NCBI GenBank assembly: GCA_025453605.1
Contig: JALOPZ010000002.1
Span: forward strand, 132,631-196,630
Direction: 5' to 3'
DNA length: 64,000 nt
DNA from: Candidatus Margulisiibacteriota bacterium
GTDB lineage: Bacteria; Margulisbacteria; WOR-1; O2-12-FULL-45-9; XYB2-FULL-48-7
Position 1 is the first letter of the stretch, and each line of letters begins with the position of its first letter. The notes below the pieces were generated by a model. The model ran no database searches and was not told the DNA's origin. It worked only from the letters and a program-made list of their open reading frames with translations. Both the position numbers and the translations under genes were made by a program. Of the stretch, positions 9,322 through 16,844 are shown piece after piece.

Positions 9322-10115
9322 CGGCCGACCGAATTGATCCGCAAGCCCTGGCCCCAGTCGTCGAACCAGAGCAGGCCTTTGCCGATCATGTAGCCGCGCT
9401 GGTCGGCATAGATATCCTCGGGCTGCTGTTCCAGGACAGCGCTCTTGACCGCCGGCGAAAAGATCTCGCGATAGCGCCGGAGAAACTCCGGCCGCGATTT
9501 GATCTTGCCGGTCTTTTTTCCGCTCTTCAGGTCGAGAGGATAGTGGGCCAGGTCGGCCAGGGCTTGACGGTCGTCCCAGCGGATCAATTCTTTCAGCTTG
9601 GCCAAAAATACCGTTGCTTCGCTCCGGACATAAAGTTCCAGCACTCCCCGTTCATTGAATTGTCGCCGGGGATTAGTCAGCGCGAAGCGGTCGATCGTTA
9701 CCCCGTTCTCCAGCGTGAAACCAGCCTGGCCGGCGCGGTAAAGATCGAGGCTGGGGTTATCTGCCCATTCGAGCGTATAATGGTATGCGTCGGCTACTTT
9801 ACCGCGGTTATCGACCTTGACTACCAGGATGTCGTGAAAGCGATGCTTGCCCGCCTCCGAAGATTCCCCCTGATATTCCGTCCGGAACTTATAAAGCGTG
9901 TATTGACCGCCGGTGATCGGCAGATCGCCGAGCTGGTAAGTGCCGCCCGGAGGATAAGGGGTGGGGATCTTGTCGATGTTCCGGAGCATCAGGTAGTCAA
10001 AGTCGGCGTTCTGGACCGAGTCGACGAATTTATAGGTCTTGAGCGGGCGGTTATCCGCGCAGCCGGTCAACAGCAAAGCGGCCAGGACCGGGGTGATCAG
10101 AAACGCCCGGGTCAT
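9318..10115 (-). CDS. Hypothetical lipoprotein
   Basis: Lipobox LLTGC after start at 10115; ATGA overlap with upstream gene. Confidence 0.7.
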   Translation of the reverse strand: MTRAFLITPVLAALLLTGCADNRPLKTYKFVDSVQNADFDYLMLRNIDKIPTPYPPGGTYQLGDLPITGGQYTLYKFRTEYQGESSEAGKHRFHDILVVKVDNRGKVADAYHYTLEWADNPSLDLYRAGQAGFTLENGVTIDRFALTNPRRQFNERGVLELYVRSEATVFLAKLKELIRWDDRQALADLAHYPLDLKSGKKTGKIKSRPEFLRRYREIFSPAVKSAVLEQQPEDIYADQRGYMIGKGLLWFDDWGQGLRINSVGR

Positions 10116-10906
10116 TGCGGCGTCGCTACGACCAGCCGCCAGATTGTCCCGTGCAGGCCGACGGTTGCCCATTCAGCCTCCTTGGTAACGGTTCGGCCGG
10201 ACTGCCGGTATTCGTATGAGCCGCGGCCGCTCGCTTCGGCAGTAACCCGCCGGGCAAAGACGATCAGCGAGGGGAAGGCGGCATAACCGGCGTCGCTGAA
10301 GGTCATTTTGCCGACCTGTAAAATATCCTTGTCATAAATTACTTCGCCATTGAGTTGGAGCGCAACAGCCTCGAACGTCCCGGTCCCGGTCAGGTCAGCG
10401 ACCGCTTTACGGACCAGCGCGTCCGGTTGGATCAAGAGAGTGGTGAAACCGCTGATCTTGCCGCCGGGGGAGACAATTGGATAACCGAGCGCGACCGCCT
10501 GGAATCCTTCCACCGCTTTAAACATGCCGCTTAAGGTTGGCTGGCCAGTTCGCTTCAGGGTCTGGTATAGCGCCTGATCGGTCACGCTTTGACCGGGCCC
10601 GGCGGGGTATCGGGCGGCCGGTTCAACCGCCAGCAGGATCCCGTCAGGGCTGATAGTGGAGGCGACGATCGCTGAACCGACCTGCTCGTGCAGGTCAAGC
10701 AGGATCTGTCGGGCAGCCGGACCCTGCCGGTCGGTTGCCGCTAGGTCAATGGCCGCCTGCCGAAGGAGCCGCTCCATATTGTCCAGCTCCGCCTGGACTT
10801 TTGGCTGCAGCTGGGCGACCGAGGGCGGTTGCGGGGCTGAACCCATCGCCAGACCGGCAGTCGCCAGCGCCAGGACCAGTAATAAGGTGGCTATTGCTTG
10901 TTTCAT
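10112..10906 (-). CDS. Stand-alone periplasmic Cache-domain protein
   Basis: Signal peptide; dCache-like PTLSGMFKAVEGFQAVALGYPI and GSYEY...TIWRLVV; no TM or output domain. Confidence 0.7.
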   Translation of the reverse strand: MKQAIATLLLVLALATAGLAMGSAPQPPSVAQLQPKVQAELDNMERLLRQAAIDLAATDRQGPAARQILLDLHEQVGSAIVASTISPDGILLAVEPAARYPAGPGQSVTDQALYQTLKRTGQPTLSGMFKAVEGFQAVALGYPIVSPGGKISGFTTLLIQPDALVRKAVADLTGTGTFEAVALQLNGEVIYDKDILQVGKMTFSDAGYAAFPSLIVFARRVTAEASGRGSYEYRQSGRTVTKEAEWATVGLHGTIWRLVVATPQ

Positions 10907-10958
10907 TTTTGCCTCCCGCCGGGCATTATACTATAATCAGGGCCGGGAGGTAATCAAG

Positions 10959-11435
10959 ATGTGGCTTTTTTCTTTTGGCTTAGCAATCATTCTGGCGTTG
11001 GGCAATATCGCTTTTTCCCGGCAACCGCGGACGCTGAAGAATATTCTTGGCATCTTCGCTCTCTATCTGCTGGTCATTGATATCGGTTTAGGCGGACTGA
11101 TCGGCGCTTACATGCATACCGCCCGCGCCGACTACACCGCTCAAATGATCGGCTGGGCCCCAGGCAGTCCATTTCAATACGAAGTAGCGATGATGAACCT
11201 GGGGATCGGCGTTCTTGGCGTCCTTTGTCTGTTTTTTCGTCGGGAATTCTGGCTGGCGGCGGCGCTCAATGTACTGATCGTTTACTGGGGCTGCGGCTTC
11301 GGTCATCTGCGGGAAGTCACGCTCAAGGCCAACGTCGCCCCCTGGAATGCCGGCCCCGGCATAATGTTCGGCGACTTTGTCCTGCCGGCCCTGGTCCTGG
11401 CCCTGGTCGTGGTCCACGCTCGGCTGAAGGGATAA
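10959..11435 (+). CDS. DUF6790-like membrane protein
   Basis: IGWAPGSPFQYEVAMMNLGIG motif; GGGAGG RBS. Confidence 0.7.
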   Translation: MWLFSFGLAIILALGNIAFSRQPRTLKNILGIFALYLLVIDIGLGGLIGAYMHTARADYTAQMIGWAPGSPFQYEVAMMNLGIGVLGVLCLFFRREFWLAAALNVLIVYWGCGFGHLREVTLKANVAPWNAGPGIMFGDFVLPALVLALVVVHARLKG

Positions 11436-11439
11436 AAAT

Positions 11440-11595
11440 CTAATCGAGGAACAGGATCAAACCACCATGGATCGTTGCCGCGGTGACGGCGGCAATGGCC
11501 AGCGCCTTGTGGAGCGAAAGTTTTGCTCTGAGCAGGCCGGAGAGAACGGTCGTTAACACCAGGGCGTAAGTGATTATCCCGAGTATTTTAAACAT
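11440..11595 (-). CDS. 51-aa two-TM small protein missing from ORF track (MFKILGIITYALVLTTVLSGLLRAKLSLHKALAIAAVTAATIHGGLILFLD)
   Basis: Manual translation; starts 2 nt after stop of upstream GyrI-like gene. Confidence 0.6.
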   Translation of the reverse strand: MFKILGIITYALVLTTVLSGLLRAKLSLHKALAIAAVTAATIHGGLILFLD

Positions 11596-11597
11596 TA

Positions 11598-12149
11598 TTA
11601 TCTAACCACCTTAAAGATGAAGAGCGTTTTTTTAGCCGGCAGATCGTACAGTTCCATGCAGGTTCCCAGCTTCAACTTACGGGTTTCCATCGCCTTGTTC
11701 AATTCCGGGTATGCCTTCATCGGTCCGATCATATAGGAGAAATTATTTTTGATCGGGAACTCGGTGACCAGGCATTTGGTTTTCGGCCAGACCTTGAGCC
11801 TGAATTTCCTGGCCAGCATTCTGGCTTTACCGAGATCTTGCGGCTCCAGGACGCAGCCGATCTCACTGCGGGACTTATCCCAGGCGGTTTCTTTGGGGCT
11901 GGTCAGGTAAATGCCAAAGCCTTTGGTGGTCATGACCCCCTCCTGCGTACAGCCATCATAGACTCGCTGGATAACTCTACCGGTATCGGAGTAGGGGCCA
12001 ACGTATTCCTCGTAAACCAGGGTGTAAGGGCCGATCTCCCGTTCGGTCACCGTGAGTTTAGTGAATACACCCATATAAACCAGCCAGACGACAATGACCA
12101 GGGCAAGAGCGAGGATGGCGATCAGGAGCCACTTTAAGAATTTAAGCAT
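11598..12149 (-). CDS. Membrane-anchored GyrI-like small-molecule-binding protein
   Basis: N-terminal TM; YVGPYSDTG, GIYL...RSEIGC, MELYD motifs; AAGGAGG RBS. Confidence 0.75.
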   Translation of the reverse strand: MLKFLKWLLIAILALALVIVVWLVYMGVFTKLTVTEREIGPYTLVYEEYVGPYSDTGRVIQRVYDGCTQEGVMTTKGFGIYLTSPKETAWDKSRSEIGCVLEPQDLGKARMLARKFRLKVWPKTKCLVTEFPIKNNFSYMIGPMKAYPELNKAMETRKLKLGTCMELYDLPAKKTLFIFKVVR

Positions 12150-12214
12150 ATCAGCCTCCTTAGTAGCCAGGATTATAATCCTGGCTACTATATATGTAAA
12201 GCGAAAAAAACATC

Positions 12215-12242
12215 TTGACAAGTCGAGGCCTAATGGTAAGAT
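12215..12242 (+). promoter_or_regulatory. Sigma70 promoter TTGACA-N16-TAAGAT (extended -10 TG)
   Basis: Near-consensus match ~90 nt upstream of ATG 12332. Confidence 0.7.
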
Positions 12243-12331
12243 ACCCTTGTGGCTCGTGTAAGTTAAAGGAAGCCATCTGTAATCGATGCAGATGGTCATT
12301 CCGATTTTATGAACTGAAGGAGGTGATATTC

Positions 12332-13126
12332 ATGAAAAAAATGTTCGTTTATTTCTTAGTCGTGGCGTTTGTTCTGTCCATCGCCGGCGCAGTGTTCGGC
12401 CGCACCTTGGAAGAAGAGAGAGATGCGGTCCGGGCTTACCTGAAGGTGGTTGATGCTAAGATCATCAAGTACCGGAAGGCCGGCAACAAGGCCAAGATGG
12501 TCGTCCTGCAGAAAGAAAAGCAGGCTACCCTGGCCCGGTGGAACAAGCTGAAAGCGTCGATGGAAAGTGCTGCTCCGGCAGTCACTCCTCCTCCGCCGCC
12601 GCCAGTCGCCCCGGCCCCAGCTCCGGCCGTTTCTGCGGCTCCGAGTGGAGGGTTGTTCGGGATGGGGATCAATACCTGCTTGACCGGTGCTTATATTAAC
12701 ACCGGCAAAGGTTCGATCTCCGGTTCCGTTGGTGCGATGGCCAGCATTGTCCTGGACGACTTCGTAGGGCTCGGCCCGATGGTTGGTCTCGGCGCTAAGT
12801 CGATCAACTACACCGTCGGTCTCGGTGGTTTCTACGGAGGTGGAGGCTTAAAGGCTATCCCGGTTCGCGCCGGCGGTATTATCAATTTACCGGCGGAGTG
12901 GATGGGTGGTCTCGAGTCTTATCTCGCGGGCGGTCTCAATTACGTCGCCTACGGGAACGGCCAGAAGGCTGGTAAGATCGGTGGCGATGCCGCTGTTGGC
13001 TTCAAAGCTGATCTCGGGTTAGGCCTCGGGAAGACCGGCTTCGAGCTCGGTTATTCCGTCGTTAGGTCTGACACTGTCAGCGCAAAGGGTCTCTCCTTGG
13101 CTGTCAGCCAACCGATCGTTTTATAA
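12332..13126 (+). CDS. Probable abundant envelope protein: signal peptide, helical/coiled N-domain, Pro linker, beta-barrel-like C-domain
   Basis: AAGGAGGTGA RBS, consensus promoter, own terminator, GGT/GCT-rich codon usage. Confidence 0.75.
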   Translation: MKKMFVYFLVVAFVLSIAGAVFGRTLEEERDAVRAYLKVVDAKIIKYRKAGNKAKMVVLQKEKQATLARWNKLKASMESAAPAVTPPPPPPVAPAPAPAVSAAPSGGLFGMGINTCLTGAYINTGKGSISGSVGAMASIVLDDFVGLGPMVGLGAKSINYTVGLGGFYGGGGLKAIPVRAGGIINLPAEWMGGLESYLAGGLNYVAYGNGQKAGKIGGDAAVGFKADLGLGLGKTGFELGYSVVRSDTVSAKGLSLAVSQPIVL

Positions 13127-13169
13127 AGAGCAGGGACCCATTCCTTTTTAAAGAGAACTTGGATACTTT

Positions 13170-13196
13170 AGAGAGGGGGGTCCCTCTCTTTTTTTC
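13170..13196 (+). terminator. Rho-independent terminator
   Basis: AGAGAGGG-GGGT-CCCTCTCT followed by T run. Confidence 0.75.
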
Positions 13197-13305
13197 TTAA
13201 TTCTTAATCCTTAATTCTTGCCTCGCATCACGCGAAATTATCCGACCGGACGGAAGTTTTCTGACTGGGCCTGCAAAATCTGCTGACCGGTGCTATAATA
13301 GCGCC

Positions 13306-13920
13306 ATGAAACGCCTAATCATTGGTTCGCTCCTGGCCGTGCTCCTGCTGACCGTTGCCGCCCACGCCGCCCGCTCCAAAGATTTCTTTTTCAGCGCCGC
13401 GCTCCTCCAGTCGCTCTACCAGTACGAAAAAGGCCGGGAACTGATCGCTTCTTTTGATGACGCCAAAGGATTGGAATACCAGGTCAAGCTGCTGAACAAG
13501 GGGATGGCCGAATGGCGTCAGGGTCGGGAGATCATCAAGCCTTATCTGGAAGCGGTCGATCCGAACTACCAGTCGATCGCCACTACGGTCGACAACGGTT
13601 TGGACCTCTTCCTTGATCACGGTGAAAAAACGGTCTATGCGCTGGAACGGACGATTAGAGGGGAAATGCTCAGTGAAGAGGAGATGCAGGCCCAGGGCGG
13701 GGACCAGGAAGACGCCGAGGACCAAGCCTACACGGCGATCGGCAACGCGGTTGCCGGCTACGCTCCGACCGGGCTCTCCAAACAGGAACGCGGCATCCTC
13801 CTTTTCCGGATCGATCTCTTGTTCGGCCGTTCGTTGCGGCAGTATCGCCAGGACCAGACCAAGGTCAACGAGATCGTCGCCGGCATCGCCAAATTCGAGA
13901 AGTCACTGAAGGAGCGTTGA
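13306..13920 (+). CDS. Exported hypothetical protein (helical)
   Basis: Signal peptide ending AHA; TGCTATAAT 6 nt upstream of ATG. Confidence 0.7.
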   Translation: MKRLIIGSLLAVLLLTVAAHAARSKDFFFSAALLQSLYQYEKGRELIASFDDAKGLEYQVKLLNKGMAEWRQGREIIKPYLEAVDPNYQSIATTVDNGLDLFLDHGEKTVYALERTIRGEMLSEEEMQAQGGDQEDAEDQAYTAIGNAVAGYAPTGLSKQERGILLFRIDLLFGRSLRQYRQDQTKVNEIVAGIAKFEKSLKER

Positions 13921-14324
13921 TGATCGGCCCGGAAAAACAGCAGGCGCTGGCGGTAAAACTAAAAGCGCTCGGTGTTGACCGGCGCGACGTGGTGGAAAAG
14001 TTCGTCCGCGGCGGCGGGCCGGGCGGCCAGCACGTCAATAAGGTCGCGACCGCCGTCCATTTACGGCACCTGCCGACCGGGCTCGAGGTAAAGATGGGAC
14101 AGGAACGGTCGCAAGCGCTCAACCGGTTCCTCGCCTGGCGACTGCTGGCTGAAAAGATCGAGGCGCGGCTGCTGGGGATCAGAAGCGCGCGGCGCCGGGC
14201 GATCGAAAAGATCAGACGGCAGAAAAGAAAACGGTCCAAACGGGCCAGGGAAAAGATGCTGCAGGACAAGAAGCACGTGGGCGCCAAGAAAATAATGCGC
14301 CGGAGTCCGGTCGATGCTGATTAA
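13917..14324 (+). CDS. Stand-alone GGQ peptidyl-tRNA hydrolase (ArfB/C12orf65-like ribosome rescue factor)
   Basis: GGPGGQHVNK, ERSQALNR and a long basic C-terminal tail. Confidence 0.88.
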   Translation: MMIGPEKQQALAVKLKALGVDRRDVVEKFVRGGGPGGQHVNKVATAVHLRHLPTGLEVKMGQERSQALNRFLAWRLLAEKIEARLLGIRSARRRAIEKIRRQKRKRSKRAREKMLQDKKHVGAKKIMRRSPVDAD

Positions 14325-15540
14325 GCTGGCCTGGCGTAATATCTTTCGGCACTTTACCAGGACTTTTCTCACTTTCCTGGCGATCGCTCTCGGTCTGGCC
14401 CTGCTGATCCTGATCGATTCTCTTCTCACCGGCGTTGACCGCGATTCATTCGACAAGATCATCAGCTACGAGACCGGTCATATTAAGATATTGAACCCGC
14501 GCTATCTAGCCGACGAAGAGAACCTCCCGCTCGATAAAGCGATCGACAAACCGGCGGCGCTCATCGCTCAGCTCAGCCGCGACCCGGCAGTGGCCGGGAT
14601 TACCTCGCGGATCAATTTCCGCCTCATGCTCTCGGACGGCCGGGACCAGTATCCGGCGGTCGGCATCGCAGCCGATCCGGTTGCCGACCAGTCCGTTTTT
14701 AAGCTCAGCCAGGCGGTGGTTAAGGGCGAGTTCCTGGCCGGCCTGTCGGAAGAGGCGATGCTGGTAGGCGAAGTGCTGGCCAAAGACTTCGGGGTTGAGG
14801 TTGGTGACTACTTAACCCTCTTGACGCGGACGAAGTACGACACTTATCAAGCTCTCGACCTGCAGGTCAAGGGGATATTGCGGACCGATGACAACAAGAT
14901 CGATTACGCCGCGGTGGTCATCCCGCTCGCCCTGGCGCAGGCCGCCCTGGATATGGGGTCGGGGGTCACGGAGATCGATCTTAAACTAAAGGAGCCGGAG
15001 CAGGTCGCGGCGGTCCAGGCGCGCCTGGCGCGGGAATTGCCCGGTGTTGAGGTCGCCGCCTGGCAAAAGCTGGCGGCCGACGTAGTGGCGGTCGCCCGCG
15101 CGAAACGGGGCGGGACTTCGTTCGTTCTCTTCAGTGTTTTTATCGTCGCCCTGATCGGCATCAGTAACACGATCCTCCTGGCGGCCTTTGAGCGTACCCG
15201 TGAGATCGGGATGATGGCGGCGCTGGGGATGAAGCGAGGCGAGATCGTCAAGCTTTTTATCCTGGAAGGGGCGATGATCGGCTTACTGGGGAGCGTTACC
15301 GGCTGTCTCCTCGGTTTCCTGATCAATATCCCGCTGGTCAACCAGGGGATCGATTTCGGCTACGTGATGCGCGATGTCGGTGATATCGGTTACCGGCAGA
15401 CGGCGGTGATGCGCGGCGTCTGGAACCCGGCCATGATCGTCACCGCTTTTCTGGCCGGGATCGCCATCTCGGCCATGACGAGCGTTTATCCGGCGCGCGT
15501 CGCGGCCAGGCTGGAGCCGACGGAAGCGTTGAGGAAGTAG
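14314..15540 (+). CDS. ABC transporter permease (LolC/E, FtsX-type)
   Basis: LAWRNIFR, ERTREIGMMAALG, PARVAARLEPTEALR. Confidence 0.92.
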   Translation: MLIKLAWRNIFRHFTRTFLTFLAIALGLALLILIDSLLTGVDRDSFDKIISYETGHIKILNPRYLADEENLPLDKAIDKPAALIAQLSRDPAVAGITSRINFRLMLSDGRDQYPAVGIAADPVADQSVFKLSQAVVKGEFLAGLSEEAMLVGEVLAKDFGVEVGDYLTLLTRTKYDTYQALDLQVKGILRTDDNKIDYAAVVIPLALAQAALDMGSGVTEIDLKLKEPEQVAAVQARLARELPGVEVAAWQKLAADVVAVARAKRGGTSFVLFSVFIVALIGISNTILLAAFERTREIGMMAALGMKRGEIVKLFILEGAMIGLLGSVTGCLLGFLINIPLVNQGIDFGYVMRDVGDIGYRQTAVMRGVWNPAMIVTAFLAGIAISAMTSVYPARVAARLEPTEALRK

Positions 15541-15627
15541 CCCTCACCCCGGGGAGGAGACAGCCCTCACCCGGTTTGAGGTTTGTGTTTAGTTGATCGT
15601 TAACGACCCTCTCCCAGGGGGAGAGGG
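15540..15627 (+). repeat. Repeat A (left TIR): CCCTCACCC...CCCTCTCCC-AGG-GGGAGAGGG
   Basis: Direct reading. Confidence 0.9.
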
Positions 15628-15636
15628 TAAGGAGAA

Positions 15637-16128
15637 ATGCGTATGGAAATTGCTCAAACATTGGTTAAAGCCGCTTATCAAAGCCTCGGCTACTTTATTA
15701 TCGAAGGGATCAAGGTTGGTTTAAAAGAAATAGACTTGTTGGCTATTAAACCTGAAAAAGGGAACGTTGTTGCTGAGCGATTGCATGTCGAAGTTCAAAT
15801 AGGTGTTAGCCCAATAGGCCCGCTAAGAGAAAGAGGGGCGTTGGGGAAAGCAATGAAGGATCCGATGTCGGCAGCAAAAGCTTATATTAACAAGAAATAT
15901 AATGATATAAAAATCGTAGCTAAGATAAAAGAATATTATGGTAATAATGAATATCAAAAAGTACTTGTTTTTGGTCAACTAAAAAAGCCAGAACAGCTCG
16001 AGGTTTTTCACAAGATGGGAATTAGAGCAATTTCTGTGTCCGACCTAATCAAAGACGCAATGGCGTCAAGTCCAACACACGAATTAAAAAGAAGTATTGG
16101 GGTGTTTCGTATAATTATGAAGGTCTGA
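15637..16128 (+). CDS. AT-rich PD-(D/E)XK-like nuclease-fold protein
   Basis: E..LV...Y...GYF...KEIDLLAI...HVEVQ pattern; AAGGAG RBS. Confidence 0.6.
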   Translation: MRMEIAQTLVKAAYQSLGYFIIEGIKVGLKEIDLLAIKPEKGNVVAERLHVEVQIGVSPIGPLRERGALGKAMKDPMSAAKAYINKKYNDIKIVAKIKEYYGNNEYQKVLVFGQLKKPEQLEVFHKMGIRAISVSDLIKDAMASSPTHELKRSIGVFRIIMKV

Positions 16129-16134
16129 TCCTTG

Positions 16135-16200
16135 CCCCTCGCCCTCTGGGAGAGGGGCCGTTGAGAAAAACTGATCGATTGCGATAATCTGGGGTGAGGG
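16135..16200 (-). repeat. Repeat B (inverted copy): CCCTCGCCC-TCT-GGGAGAGGG...GGGTGAGGG
   Basis: Direct reading; 27-nt start identical to repeat D. Confidence 0.9.
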
Positions 16201-16220
16201 TTGCACAGCAGCCTCCGAAG

Positions 16221-16283
16221 CCCTCACCCGGTTGGTCGATAGGAAAAGTTGATCGTTTACGACCCTCTCCCAGAGGGAGAGGG
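16221..16283 (+). repeat. Repeat C (forward copy)
   Basis: CCCTCACCCGGTT...AGTTGATCGTT.ACGACCCTCTCCCAGAGGGAGAGGG, closely matches A. Confidence 0.9.
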
Positions 16284-16300
16284 TAAAATAAGGGGGATTT

Positions 16301-16765
16301 ATGGGAAATGACTATAGAAGATTAGCACATGAATATGCATGGAATTGGTTTAGCTATCATTCAAATCAACGTTTGACCGCATTTCATTTCTATTTAATTA
16401 TATTTGGTGCTTTAGTCTTTGGTTATTCTCAGTCATTAGAAAAGAATCCATGGGTTGCATTAATTATTGCATTATTTGGCGTTTTCGTTTCATATGTATT
16501 TGTTTTGATAGACGTTAGGAATGAGGAGCTTGTTCAGTATGGTAGGAAAGCATTAGATAAAACGGAAAAAATGATAAAAATGGATATTAGAAATAATGAC
16601 AAACATAGGAAATCTTTTAACGAAGTTATAAAGGATGAGCAATTTGCCTTAGGATTATCTAAGGACCAAATTAGGCATAGATCACTTCTAAGAAATGTTG
16701 AGAAACTAGCAATAGTTATATTTCTGTCTGGGGCGGGCTTTTCGCTGTTTAAACTTATTAAATGA
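16301..16765 (+). CDS. AT-rich small membrane protein (2+1 TM; RipA/SLATT-like architecture)
   Basis: Two adjacent TM helices, charged helical region, C-terminal TM; very AT-rich. Confidence 0.6.
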   Translation: MGNDYRRLAHEYAWNWFSYHSNQRLTAFHFYLIIFGALVFGYSQSLEKNPWVALIIALFGVFVSYVFVLIDVRNEELVQYGRKALDKTEKMIKMDIRNNDKHRKSFNEVIKDEQFALGLSKDQIRHRSLLRNVEKLAIVIFLSGAGFSLFKLIK

Positions 16766-16772
16766 CTGCTTG

Positions 16773-16838
16773 CCCCTCGCCCTCTGGGAGAGGGGCAGTG
16801 AACGAGGAGAAAAGGTTAACGATGACATGGGGTGAGGG
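16773..16838 (-). repeat. Repeat D (inverted copy)
   Basis: CCCTCGCCCTCTGGGAGAGGGG...GGGGTGAGGG. Confidence 0.9.
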
Positions 16839-16844
16839 CTTCTA

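Noticed and set aside
13132..13185. Alternative pairing AGGGACCC/GGGTCCCT overlapping the terminator after 12332-13126
   Set aside because: Only 8 bp, and the downstream gene has its own -10 box; insufficient to call an attenuator or sRNA.
13234..13263. Sigma-28-like motif on minus strand (GAAAACTT...TCGGATAA)
   Set aside because: No gene downstream on that strand; weak match.
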